Below, piece by piece: positions 25,577 through 35,035 of a stretch of 64,000 bases of DNA (the first letter of the stretch is position 1; each line of letters starts with the position of its first letter). A model generated the notes under the pieces. It worked only from the letters and a program-made list of their open reading frames with translations. It had not been told where the DNA came from and ran no database searches. Origin of the DNA: a virus; the IMG/VR virus record IMGVR_UViG_3300042541_003236, one strand, 5' to 3'. The position numbers were made by a program, and so were the translations under genes.

Positions 25577-25649
25577 CACAAGCCAAGGGAGTCGAACCCT
25601 TTCCATCCGAGGTTTTGGAGACCTGGTGCATACCATTATGCTGACCCGT
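25577..25649 (-). tRNA. tRNA with CCA anticodon loop (Trp-like), tentative, possibly degenerate
   Basis: D gcat/atgc; loop ctccaaa identical to 25267-25338; acceptor pairs only with three G:U wobbles. Confidence 0.35.
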
Positions 25650-25656
25650 AATTTAG

Positions 25657-25728
25657 TTCCCCCGCCGGGAGTCGAACCCAGCCCCATAGGTTAAAAGCCT
25701 ATTGCCTACACCAGTTTGCTACGAGGGA
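25657..25728 (-). tRNA. tRNA with UUU anticodon loop (Lys-like), tentative
   Basis: AC atagg-cttttaa-cctat perfect; T ctggg-ttcgact-cccgg; D-arm unclear. Confidence 0.45.
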
Positions 25729-25742
25729 TTATAAAATAAAAA

Positions 25743-25771
25743 AGCCGAACTTTTTTAAAGTTCGGCTATAT
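25743..25771 (-). terminator. minus-strand terminator hairpin between promoter and tRNA array 5
   Basis: agccgaactt..aagttcggct followed by a T-run on the minus strand. Confidence 0.5.
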
Positions 25772-25968
25772 GTTTATGCTTTCTATTCTCTATAACATAA
25801 GATTATCCAATAACGGTATCTTCTTTTGAGAACGACATACTCATACATCCGAACATGTGGCTAAACCACTTGAAGGACTTACTAAAGCTTGTATGTTTAA
25901 AATTTGTTCTCATTGTTATATATATTAAAAGTTTATTCTCTCTTTTTGTTATTTTGTTATTTTTATAG

Positions 25969-25981
25969 TACAAAAGTAAAC
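25969..25981 (-). promoter_or_regulatory. Bacteroidetes-type -7 box (TActTTTG) upstream of tRNA array 5
   Basis: + strand caaaagta at 25971-25978. Confidence 0.45.
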
Positions 25982-26003
25982 AAAGTTTACTTATCTACCT
26001 AAT

Positions 26004-26201
26004 TTATTTTAATTTATTTTTAATTTTTTCTGTAATCTTGTCTAAACTTGATTTAGAAGTCGTTTTTTGTTTTGGAAATCTATCATGATTTCCCATACTA
26101 TCATAGTCGGCACATTCATATGCAGAAGGTGATGGTAGTCCGCTATAGTGACAGAATTCTTCTTCACTAAGTATTTCTTCTTTTTTATCCTCTTGTTTCA
26201 T
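26004..26201 (-). CDS. hypothetical protein
   Basis: 65-aa ORF preceded by a -7 box at 26227-26237. Confidence 0.35.
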   Translation of the reverse strand: MKQEDKKEEILSEEEFCHYSGLPSPSAYECADYDSMGNHDRFPKQKTTSKSSLDKITEKIKNKLK

Positions 26202-26226
26202 ATTTAAAACTCTTCTTTATTTAGAT

Positions 26227-26237
26227 TACAAAGATAC
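26227..26237 (-). promoter_or_regulatory. Bacteroidetes-type -7 box upstream of ORF 26004-26201
   Basis: + strand tacaaagatac. Confidence 0.45.
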
Positions 26238-26281
26238 AACTATATTTTTACAAACCAAGAATTTGTTAAAGTTTTTTATAA

Positions 26282-26548
26282 TTAAAGTCTTTTAATGTCA
26301 GGTAAAGTTTCACTTGAATTAAGCATATTACGAATAACTGCTTTTTTTAATGGAGTTAGTTTTTTGTTTTTTAAAGTTTCTTCTACAATATTGTGGTATG
26401 TCCACATTGATATAATATAACTCTTAAAGTTTGTTTTTTCATCTTTAATGAGTTCATCATAATTCGCAATAGGCATTGTTTCCTTAAACAATTGTCTATG
26501 AATGTCACGAATTAGTTTTTCCTCTTTACTAATTTTGGTCATTTCCAT
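26282..26548 (-). CDS. hypothetical protein
   Basis: 88-aa ORF. Confidence 0.4.
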   Translation of the reverse strand: MEMTKISKEEKLIRDIHRQLFKETMPIANYDELIKDEKTNFKSYIISMWTYHNIVEETLKNKKLTPLKKAVIRNMLNSSETLPDIKRL

Positions 26549-26594
26549 AATTGTATTTTGTGTTTTTTATATATAAAATAAAAAATCTGTTAAA

Positions 26595-26798
26595 ATGCCA
26601 GCCCACTCGAAACAGCAATTAAAGTATATTTGGGCTATGCGTCGTAAATATAAAAACAAAAAAGGTGCTCCTAAACATATGAAGTGGGTGTTTAACAAAG
26701 ATTGGACCCAGGATGTCAAAACATCTGGGTTACCAACCAAAGTTAAAAACTTTCAAACTTATGTAAGTGAGAATTACGATGCTACTACTAAAAAGTAG
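26595..26798 (+). CDS. hypothetical small basic protein
   Basis: 67-aa ORF, lysine-rich. Confidence 0.3.
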   Translation: MPAHSKQQLKYIWAMRRKYKNKKGAPKHMKWVFNKDWTQDVKTSGLPTKVKNFQTYVSENYDATTKK

Positions 26799-28027
26799 TT
26801 TTTCTTACCTCTCTGAACTATAATAAATTTGTCATTTATTAAATCACCATCGGTTACGATGTATATTTCTTCTCTTTTTATTTTATTTATTGCAACAGAG
26901 TTTTCTTTTAAAGCTCTTCTTGCTTCATTATTAGATTTTAAGAAACCAGTTTTAAATAGAATGTCGGTCATTGATATACCATTCACAATCTCTTCCATTG
27001 GAACATTTGCTATTGGTAATCCACTAAATATATCTAAAATAGTTTCATTATCAAGTGAATGTAAGTTACCATTGTTAAATAGAATGTTTGAAGCTTCTAC
27101 TGCTTTATTAAACTCTTCTTCACCGTGAACCATTATAGTCAATTCTTTGGCTAATGTTTTTTGTAATAAAAACAAATGTCTAGCTTTATTGTGTTCTTCT
27201 ATTAAATTATCAATAGTTTCTTTATCTAAAAATGTAAAGATTTTAATAAATCTTTCAGCATCTGCATCATCTGTGTTTAACCAAAATTGGAAAAACTTGT
27301 AAACAGATGTTTTATCTTTATCTAACCATATATTTCCACCTTCTGACTTACCAAACTTTGTACCATCAGCTTTTGTTAAAAGTGGACAAGTCATAGCAAA
27401 TGCTTCTCTACCTGGAAACATCTTGTGTATCAATTCTGTACCTGTTGTTATATTACCCCATTGATCTGAACCACCCATTTGTAATAAACAGTTATGTTCT
27501 TTATTAAGGTGTAAGAAATCGTATCCTTGAATTAACTGGTAAGTAAACTCTGTGAAAGACATTCCTTCACCTTCGATACGGTTTTTTACAGATTGTTTTG
27601 ATAACATGTAATTTACGGTAATTCTTTTACCGATGTCTCTTACAAAGTCTATGAAACTAAACTTTGACATCCAATCGTAGTTGTTTAGAACTGGTGTATC
27701 ACCTAAAAATCTTGTTAAAGTATTTCTGATACCTTCAACGTTTTTACTAAGTGTTTCTTCATCTAAAAGATTTCTTTCAGATGATTTCCCAGATGGGTCA
27801 CCGATCATACCAGTAGCACCACCGACAACTGCGATTGGATTGTGTCCAAAGTTCTTCATATGTTTTAAAAGAATGATTGGAACTAAACTACCAATATGTA
27901 GAGAATCTGACGTTGGATCAAATCCAATATAAGCGGTGGTGGCTTCTTTTAAAAGTTGAGCCTCCGTTCCGGGTATAATATCATGTACTAACCCACGCCA
28001 TTTTAATTCTTCTACTATATTTTTCAT
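26774..28027 (-). CDS. tyrS: tyrosyl-tRNA synthetase
   Basis: GFDPTSDSLHIGSL (HIGH-class signature), KFGKS (KMSKS) and C-terminal S4-like domain; 417 aa. Confidence 0.9.
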   Translation of the reverse strand: MKNIVEELKWRGLVHDIIPGTEAQLLKEATTAYIGFDPTSDSLHIGSLVPIILLKHMKNFGHNPIAVVGGATGMIGDPSGKSSERNLLDEETLSKNVEGIRNTLTRFLGDTPVLNNYDWMSKFSFIDFVRDIGKRITVNYMLSKQSVKNRIEGEGMSFTEFTYQLIQGYDFLHLNKEHNCLLQMGGSDQWGNITTGTELIHKMFPGREAFAMTCPLLTKADGTKFGKSEGGNIWLDKDKTSVYKFFQFWLNTDDADAERFIKIFTFLDKETIDNLIEEHNKARHLFLLQKTLAKELTIMVHGEEEFNKAVEASNILFNNGNLHSLDNETILDIFSGLPIANVPMEEIVNGISMTDILFKTGFLKSNNEARRALKENSVAINKIKREEIYIVTDGDLINDKFIIVQRGKKNYFLVVAS

Positions 28028-28431
28028 TATGCCAATACTTCTTTAATAACTTCTGATACAACTTTTCTATCCACTTGTAAAGCAGCAAACTCTTTCATAA
28101 TTCCACCAACATTGGTAATCCCTGATGCTACAAGTGCACTAACTTTTACAACAACATCTTCTCTTGTCATAGCTACTGGAAGTAAAGCTTCAACCATTTC
28201 TAATTGAGTTTTAGATTCAGCGTCACCAGAAGTTGCGATAACTTCTTTAAGAGATTTTGCAGTTTTATTAAGAATTTTAATAACTTCTGCATCAGAAAGA
28301 CAATCTACTCCTGTATTTTTCTCAATAGTTTGGATCTCTCCTTTAACTACAGAAAGTAAGTTTTTTGCTACGACATTTCTTTCTTTGAAAGCAGTCATGT
28401 AATCTTTGCTAATTTGTTCTTTTAAATTCAT
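28027..28431 (-). CDS. GatB/YqeY-domain protein
   Basis: 134 aa; N-terminal MNLKEQISKDYMTAFKERN..KNLLSVVKGEI resembles the YqeY family; start/stop overlap with tyrS. Confidence 0.55.
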   Translation of the reverse strand: MNLKEQISKDYMTAFKERNVVAKNLLSVVKGEIQTIEKNTGVDCLSDAEVIKILNKTAKSLKEVIATSGDAESKTQLEMVEALLPVAMTREDVVVKVSALVASGITNVGGIMKEFAALQVDRKVVSEVIKEVLA

Positions 28432-28684
28432 AATATTTAATTTTTAATAATTTCTAAAAAAATACCTTTTTCATCTATTTTCTATATTTAATATCAAGGT
28501 AGTTCACTGTTTTTCATAAAAGGTATTAGAAAATTCATTTACCAGCTACTTACTACCATAAACACTAACTATAACTATGTGACCAAAACTTATTCTATAA
28601 CAGGTCAGCTATAGTAGCTCATTATTTATTATGCAAATATACTATAAAGTTTCAAATTAAAAAAATAAATTTAATATATAGTTT

Positions 28685-30352
28685 ATGAAATACTTAAAAT
28701 TATACGAGGGATTTGAATCTGATAGAGTTAGTGCAATACTTTCATTTCTAAATAAAAAGATAAAGAATGAATATAATACTCAAGCCTTTTTAAAAACATT
28801 AAAAAAACTTGCTGATAAATTTGATTTCCCACTAAGTACTTTAAGTGATAAAGAAATACAATACTTACCAGTAAATAAAGCTTTAACTGTTGGTAAAGGT
28901 GAAGAAGCAATGAATCCATCTGGTACTTACTGTATTAAATATTGGTTTTCATTAGAAAAAGGTTATTTATGTAGTACTGGAACTGGAAATAAAACTATGG
29001 ATTATAACAAGTATAATTCTTATGGAAATTATAGAATGTCAAATGAAGAAGGATTAGATCAATCTCACTTAGCTTACTTAGCTAGAGAATATGGAATAGG
29101 TGGTATTATTACTCCAGCCAGACTAGGAGATTTAGTAACTGGTGATAAAGTAGTAATGGTTTGTGGTGAAGATTTCAATGGAGATCCTGCTTATTTAGAT
29201 TTTGGAGAAATATATGTAGATAGTAGAAGAAATGATTATGAACTTCAATATTATTTTTATCAAAATGATAATGAGGGTTCAGATCCGGGAACAACTAGAA
29301 ATAACATTGTATTACCAGATAGATATAATCTTTATGCGGGTACTGCTGCTTATAGATATGCTTGGTCATTAGGAAGTCCAGAAAGTGAGAATGATGATCA
29401 TTGTATGATACATAAAGTAATGCTTGATGAAAAACCTTTAAGATTTAGAGATCAAGATTTAGATAAGATGAATAAAACAGAAGAATCTGTTTGGGATTTT
29501 AATTTACCGTTAGATGGAACAACTTTAGAAGAATGGACTGGTGGAAAGACTCAAATTTTTAATAAAGTAAGTAAGGAAGCAAATTTTGCAATTGTTCTTT
29601 TTCTTGATGATGTTTTAGTAAAAGACATAAGTAAGGAAGAAATTTCTAAAGAAAGAAAAGATATGAGAAAAGATGCCTTAGCTTTAATGAGTAGTGAGTA
29701 TGTTAAAAAAGCAAATGTTAAAAGATACTTAGAAAAGTTATTTGATAAGTTAGGAATTGAAAAAGATAAACAAGAATTAAAAAATCTTAATAGTGTAGTT
29801 AAATCAACTATTTTAGGAGAATACTTTTTAATGTTAAATTTTGATTCTTCCTTTATTAGTAGATTGACTGATTTTATAAGATCATTATATAAAGTTATGT
29901 CAAAAGATGATGAAGAATATTACTTTAGTAATTTAGTTGATATTTTTAAAAAGATTAAGAGAAAGCGTTTGGATCAATCTACATTGTATGCTAAAAATAT
30001 TAAATATATTAAATCTTTAAAAGTAGATAATAGTGATAAGGTAAATGAAATACTTAAAATATTTCTTAAAATAGGTAAATCAGTTTCTGACTATTTTGTT
30101 GATAAAGAGGTAAATAGTATTGAGGATCTTAAATCAATTCAATTACAATTAAGAATGATTTTAGATTTATCACAGGATGATATTTTCTATTTATCCGGAT
30201 TTATGTCAAATCTATTAGCTTCATTGGATGAAACTCCTCGTGATGTAGAAAGACGTATGTTAAGAACTTACTCTGATGAGGATTATGAAGAAGATATTAA
30301 AAGACTAGAGAAGTTAGAAGTAATAATCAACAGAGACTTTCTAAAAAAGTAA
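28685..30352 (+). CDS. hypothetical protein
   Basis: 555-aa ORF with TTAATATATA at 28671-28680. Confidence 0.55.
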   Translation: MKYLKLYEGFESDRVSAILSFLNKKIKNEYNTQAFLKTLKKLADKFDFPLSTLSDKEIQYLPVNKALTVGKGEEAMNPSGTYCIKYWFSLEKGYLCSTGTGNKTMDYNKYNSYGNYRMSNEEGLDQSHLAYLAREYGIGGIITPARLGDLVTGDKVVMVCGEDFNGDPAYLDFGEIYVDSRRNDYELQYYFYQNDNEGSDPGTTRNNIVLPDRYNLYAGTAAYRYAWSLGSPESENDDHCMIHKVMLDEKPLRFRDQDLDKMNKTEESVWDFNLPLDGTTLEEWTGGKTQIFNKVSKEANFAIVLFLDDVLVKDISKEEISKERKDMRKDALALMSSEYVKKANVKRYLEKLFDKLGIEKDKQELKNLNSVVKSTILGEYFLMLNFDSSFISRLTDFIRSLYKVMSKDDEEYYFSNLVDIFKKIKRKRLDQSTLYAKNIKYIKSLKVDNSDKVNEILKIFLKIGKSVSDYFVDKEVNSIEDLKSIQLQLRMILDLSQDDIFYLSGFMSNLLASLDETPRDVERRMLRTYSDEDYEEDIKRLEKLEVIINRDFLKK

Positions 30353-30694
30353 GTACAAGTCATGTTGTCTCGCTTCTAATTCAGTTAAAAGAAAAACACA
30401 TTCTCTTCTTAAATCTTTTAGTTTTAAAAAATCTGCAGTACTACTTACTTTAGATAATTGATCGTTAAGATTTTCAATCTCAATTTTTATCAGATCCATC
30501 ATTAAAGTCATTTCTTTGATTATATCACCTTTTAAATCAAGCACTAAAGATTTAAAATAAGGGTTTGTCATAATAATCGCTTTATAATCAGTAGAAGCAA
30601 AGTTCTTCATAATTCTTTTAAGGGTTTCTATGACTTCATCCTCAGTACTTGAAAGGTGTAGTTTATCCAGATATTCTAATAAGCTTAACTTCAT
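30341..30694 (-). CDS. hypothetical protein
   Basis: 117-aa ORF. Confidence 0.4.
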   Translation of the reverse strand: MKLSLLEYLDKLHLSSTEDEVIETLKRIMKNFASTDYKAIIMTNPYFKSLVLDLKGDIIKEMTLMMDLIKIEIENLNDQLSKVSSTADFLKLKDLRRECVFLLTELEARQHDLYLLF

Positions 30695-30697
30695 AAA

Positions 30698-31129
30698 CTA
30701 TATATTTCGTTGCATCTCTCTGGTAAGATCTCTTTCCTTAATTGTGGATCTTTTATCCCAAGTCTTCTTACCTTTAGCAACCGCTATTTTAATTTTAATT
30801 CTATTATTCTTAATAAACATACCAAGTGGAATTGCCGTTATACCTTTGTCATCCAGCTTTCTTTTAATTCGAGTAATCTCTTTTTTATTTAAAAGTAGTT
30901 TCTTATCGCGATTTTCTTCGTGTTTGTCTAAAGTGTGTGCAGACTTGTAAGGAGCTACTTTTAGATTTTTTATCCAAACTTCATTATCTTTTATATAAAT
31001 GAACGCATCAACCATGGTAACATTACCCATTCTAACGGACTTTACTTCACTTCCGACCAATATTATTCCGCAGTCAAATTCTTCTATAAAAGTATATTCG
31101 TAACGGGCTCTTCTATTTAATGCTATCAT
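30698..31129 (-). CDS. smpB: SsrA-binding protein SmpB
   Basis: NRRARYEY...GIILVGSEVKSVR... pattern of SmpB; about 143 aa. Confidence 0.8.
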   Translation of the reverse strand: MIALNRRARYEYTFIEEFDCGIILVGSEVKSVRMGNVTMVDAFIYIKDNEVWIKNLKVAPYKSAHTLDKHEENRDKKLLLNKKEITRIKRKLDDKGITAIPLGMFIKNNRIKIKIAVAKGKKTWDKRSTIKERDLTREMQRNI

Positions 31130-31685
31130 ATTTTATAATTTTGTGAGAATCGGCTTCTCTGTTCTTAATGACTTGTATTACCTTATCACCACTTTGTTGA
31201 GTTATAATCATTGCTAAATCTGCATAATATAAAGGTGTAGAACCACCCATAAAAGCATCAATCGTATTATTATCTTTATTTAAACCATTAGATTGTAGTG
31301 GACAAGTAATTACCAACTTAATATCACTAATATCTTTACCATTTCTACTATCTCTTAAACAATTTCTTACATCGTAAATAATATTTATTATACCTGCTCG
31401 ACTTATATCATCATTAGTAAAATTTCTTTGTTTAATATAAGTATTTCTTATATCATTTATATCTAGTAATAGATAATCAACTTTCTCTTCCTCATTTAAA
31501 ACTTGATCAATTTTCATATCTCTAAGGATTGACTTCATAGAAAAAGATGAACTTAAATCTATTTTCTTGGTTCCCCTAAGATTAGAAATAATTTCATCTT
31601 TAATTCTTTCATCTGAAAATCGATAACCAATTAAGGTTGTCTCTACTTTGGAAATTTGATTATATAAATAATCTATGGATTCCAT
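31113..31685 (-). CDS. hypothetical protein
   Basis: 190-aa ORF. Confidence 0.45.
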   Translation of the reverse strand: MESIDYLYNQISKVETTLIGYRFSDERIKDEIISNLRGTKKIDLSSSFSMKSILRDMKIDQVLNEEEKVDYLLLDINDIRNTYIKQRNFTNDDISRAGIINIIYDVRNCLRDSRNGKDISDIKLVITCPLQSNGLNKDNNTIDAFMGGSTPLYYADLAMIITQQSGDKVIQVIKNREADSHKIIKYDSIK

Positions 31686-32005
31686 TAGTTTAAGTATTGC
31701 TCAACAAGTTCAGACAATTTTTCTTTAGTTGTCATACCGACACTTCTATCTACAATTTCTCCATCTTTATAGATTAAGATTGTAGGAATGTTTCTGATAC
31801 CTAACTCGGTAACTTTGTCACCATTTGGAGTTGCGTCTAATTTACCAACTGCAACTCTTCCTTGAAAATCAATTGAAAATTGATCTACAATTGGTGAAAT
31901 TTGACGGCAAGGCGCACACCAATTCGCCCAAATGTCAACTAACGCTACTCCACTTTCTACAAATCCGTTATAGTTTGTTTCATTTAATTCTGTTATAAAT
32001 CCCAT
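31685..32005 (-). CDS. trxA: thioredoxin
   Basis: WANWCAPCRQ active site (WCxPC); 106 aa. Confidence 0.85.
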   Translation of the reverse strand: MGFITELNETNYNGFVESGVALVDIWANWCAPCRQISPIVDQFSIDFQGRVAVGKLDATPNGDKVTELGIRNIPTILIYKDGEIVDRSVGMTTKEKLSELVEQYLN

Positions 32006-32145
32006 AGTTTTATATTTAGTTTTTATTTATATTAAATTAAATATAAAAGTTTAATAAATTGACAGGGAGTGCACCAATTTTTATACTGGTGGTAGATACT
32101 TTAGGTTTGAATAAAAAAACCACTCTTTAGGAGTGATTTTTTTTA

Positions 32146-32451
32146 TTATTTTAATTCTGTTTTAAAACCTCTACGTTCTAATTCTTCTTTGAGTTCTTCT
32201 CTACTTTTTGAACCATAATAGGCATACTCATCACCTAAGTCTTCTATTTTCAAATTATCAAGTTCGTATTGAAATTCTATATTTTTACCATGAAAGTTTC
32301 CACCAGTATAATCACCGTAATCTTTCTTTATGTCTACTTCAAAAAAATCATCACCTGGCATTAAATCATATATTACTATAACTGCATCACTTTTAGATAG
32401 TCTGTCATTTGTACCTTCATTTATACTAAACTCACCAAATTTCTTTATCAT
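32146..32451 (-). CDS. hypothetical protein
   Basis: 101-aa ORF with a TTAATATATA-type motif (tatatattaa on +) at 32472-32481. Confidence 0.4.
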   Translation of the reverse strand: MIKKFGEFSINEGTNDRLSKSDAVIVIYDLMPGDDFFEVDIKKDYGDYTGGNFHGKNIEFQYELDNLKIEDLGDEYAYYGSKSREELKEELERRGFKTELK

Positions 32452-32499
32452 TATATTATTATATTTTTTATTATATATTAAATTCTAATTATGAAAAGT

Positions 32500-33747
32500 T
32501 TAAAATTCACAAGATACACAATCACTTTGAATAACCTCTATCTTAGATAAAATACTTTCTACTCTAAGATTATGAAATTCATCTACTATTTCTTTTCTCA
32601 CTGAAAGTTCATAAAGTAATGCTGTTGAATCATCAATCTCTTGATTAGGTTCAATAGTATGTTTTTCCAATACTGAAAAAGCAATTGAAGGATCTTCTTT
32701 ATATCTTTCTAATAGAAGTTTTATTATTGAAACTTGTTCAGTTAGTTTATAACCTCTTAGATTAAGAATTGTCTTTGGTAGAAACTGAATTGTCTTTGAT
32801 AATAATTTCATATCTTCTACATCAACACCACCATCTACATAATCTTCATTTATAAATAAGGGTCTTAACTTATTCCATACATCTATCAATTCTGGTTTAG
32901 TATAAATGTTTCTTAAATAAAATAAGAAATCTTCACCTTTGTGAATTGCAAGAAGATTATTATCACCTGACCAAACAGATTCTTTCTTAGTTTTTAAAGT
33001 CCATAGATTTACATCTTTTTCATATGTCGTTTTGACGTGTGTCATACAATCTAAATCTTTTTCTATTGTGAAATAGTTTTCAAGTATCTTATGATTGTTA
33101 AACATATTAAAATATCTATCTTGAAATCTAACTTTGTAAACATCTTGTAGTTGACGTGATAAGACACCTTGAACAATCTCTAATTCAAATAAATCTAACT
33201 TAACATCAAGTTCTTCTGATTTCTTTACAATTCTAATTGCGGTGTGACAAGGTGTTTTCAAATTAGATATTCTTAACTCACCAGTTTTTAAGAACTTCTC
33301 AAATTCTGGTGTCCAATAAAACTTATCTTCTTCAATTGAATATCCAACTGCGGTACAATTTATATCAAATGATTTGATAATAATTTCTGGATTGTGAGTA
33401 TTTGACTTATAACGAACATAGTTGAATATACCCTCAGTAGTTGATTCACAAATAGAGTAATAGTTTTTAGCTCTATCAATAAATCTTAGTCCTGCATAAT
33501 CATCATACCAAATATTTTGTTCATCTTCTTTAAATGAAAAAAAGTATTCTTTTTTATCTTCGTTATAACTTTCTAGTAAGCCATTAAATAAAAAAACATC
33601 AATATCATTTATGATTGCTTTTTTACCTGAAACTTCTTCCCAGATAAGATTTGAAATAGAACCACCTGCAATAAACCCTTTTTTAGGTAAACCCCAATTT
33701 GATTTTATTTTCTCAATAGCATTCTTTGCTAACTGTTCTACGTTCAT
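32500..33747 (-). CDS. hypothetical protein with putative pol-beta-type nucleotidyltransferase motif
   Basis: GGSISNLIWEEVSGKKAIINDIDVF fits hG[GS]x(9-13)DhDh; 415 aa. Confidence 0.5.
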   Translation of the reverse strand: MNVEQLAKNAIEKIKSNWGLPKKGFIAGGSISNLIWEEVSGKKAIINDIDVFLFNGLLESYNEDKKEYFFSFKEDEQNIWYDDYAGLRFIDRAKNYYSICESTTEGIFNYVRYKSNTHNPEIIIKSFDINCTAVGYSIEEDKFYWTPEFEKFLKTGELRISNLKTPCHTAIRIVKKSEELDVKLDLFELEIVQGVLSRQLQDVYKVRFQDRYFNMFNNHKILENYFTIEKDLDCMTHVKTTYEKDVNLWTLKTKKESVWSGDNNLLAIHKGEDFLFYLRNIYTKPELIDVWNKLRPLFINEDYVDGGVDVEDMKLLSKTIQFLPKTILNLRGYKLTEQVSIIKLLLERYKEDPSIAFSVLEKHTIEPNQEIDDSTALLYELSVRKEIVDEFHNLRVESILSKIEVIQSDCVSCEF

Positions 33748-33878
33748 TACTTTTCTTTTTTAGTGTTTAATTTTAAAACTTCTGATATGTGGTCATTTAA
33801 TGTTCTTCTAACAGGATTGTCAGAAGAAGTCTGACTTTCTTCTGATTCTTCTGTTGTTTTTATTTCTTTGTCTTTCAT

Positions 33879-34481
33879 TTAGTCTAAATACATTTCATCT
33901 ATCTGTTCAAACTCTCTTTTAGACTGTTCCATAAGTATTTGACGTCCATTCCTTATTTGACTTTTAATTGTACTCAAGTTTTTTCCTAATTTATCGGCGA
34001 TGTCTTTGTATTGCATTCTTTCTATCTCTCTCATTATAATAACAGTCTTATACGGTTCTTTTAATTCAGAGATATGTTTTTTCATTACGTCTGCTTTTTG
34101 TGCGAAAACATTATGTACGGATTCATAACTTTCTGTTTCTTGTATGAAATCTTTTAAAGTAGTTCCTTCATCATCAAACTCAATGTCTAATGATATGTTT
34201 CTATTTTCTAGTTTTTTATCTTGTAAAGATAAGTTTTTTGCGATTGTGAATAACCACGTTGAGAATTGTGATTTTTCTTTTTGATACATTTCTATTTTTT
34301 CCAGAGCTATCATAAATGAGTCTGTCGAAATGTCTTCTGCTTTTTGTACATCATTACAAATTCTTGATGTAAAATAGATTAGTTTTGGGTAATACTTTTG
34401 ATAAAGTGTTGCGAAGTCTTTACCTGTTCTTTCTTTAAAGATTTTCTCTTGTTCAGAGAAGGGAGCTGTGCTTAATTCCAT
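33879..34481 (-). CDS. RNA polymerase sigma factor (ECF/sigma-70 region 2+4-like)
   Basis: C-terminal HTH YKDIADKLGKNLSTIKSQIRNGRQIL (region 4.2-like); N-terminal region-2-like helices; 200 aa. Confidence 0.6.
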   Translation of the reverse strand: MELSTAPFSEQEKIFKERTGKDFATLYQKYYPKLIYFTSRICNDVQKAEDISTDSFMIALEKIEMYQKEKSQFSTWLFTIAKNLSLQDKKLENRNISLDIEFDDEGTTLKDFIQETESYESVHNVFAQKADVMKKHISELKEPYKTVIIMREIERMQYKDIADKLGKNLSTIKSQIRNGRQILMEQSKREFEQIDEMYLD

Positions 34482-34499
34482 AGATTGCTTTTGATTTTT

Positions 34500-34600
34500 T
34501 TTCTAGTTGACTTGCCGTCAATTGCTTTTGATTGATTGATTTTGATTGATTTTGTTCTTAATTTATTCTAATTGCCGTAATATTATTATATAATATATAT
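34500..34600. repeat. repeat-rich 5' region of the sigma-factor gene (TTGCCGT x2, GATTGATT repeats)
   Basis: ttgccgtcaattg at 34512 and attgccgtaat at 34571; (gattgatt)n; TTAATATATA-type motif at 34596-34605. Confidence 0.4.
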
Positions 34601-34601
34601 A

Positions 34602-35033
34602 TTAAAAGTTGTCGGGTTCCTTTAAAATTTCTTTTATTTTTATATCTCTAATATACGATTTACTTTCAAATAATTCTTCAATAAGTTCATTCAATTCATT
34701 AGAATTAAATATGAGTTTTGAAAACCTTTCTGCAGTAAATCCTTTACTTATAAGGTATTCAAAACACATAAATGCTAAATCTTCTTCTGGTAGCAAATAA
34801 GATCTACCACCATGTAAGTCTAACTCATTCTCAAAAGTTCCAAACACAAGATAATAAAAATCTTCATCCTTATTGAAATCCTCCCAAAATGATACTATTT
34901 CACCATATAATGTTTCTCCACAATAACCGTCTTCGTCATAATAAGCACTACCATCATTTCCTGCCAAACGACATACCATTACTGGTGATCCTAACCGACT
35001 GAGCATAAACTCTCTAATCTCTTTTAATGTCAT
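34602..35033 (-). CDS. hypothetical protein
   Basis: 143-aa ORF. Confidence 0.45.
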   Translation of the reverse strand: MTLKEIREFMLSRLGSPVMVCRLAGNDGSAYYDEDGYCGETLYGEIVSFWEDFNKDEDFYYLVFGTFENELDLHGGRSYLLPEEDLAFMCFEYLISKGFTAERFSKLIFNSNELNELIEELFESKSYIRDIKIKEILKEPDNF

Positions 35034-35035
35034 AT

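Noticed and set aside
24777-25694. ORFs 24777-25070(+), 25208-25450(-), 25353-25631(-) and 25491-25694(+) across tRNA array 5
   Set aside because: All overlap tRNA genes. The translations are compositionally atypical (Pro/Gly/Arg/Cys-rich) compared with the real K/N/I-rich proteins of this phage.
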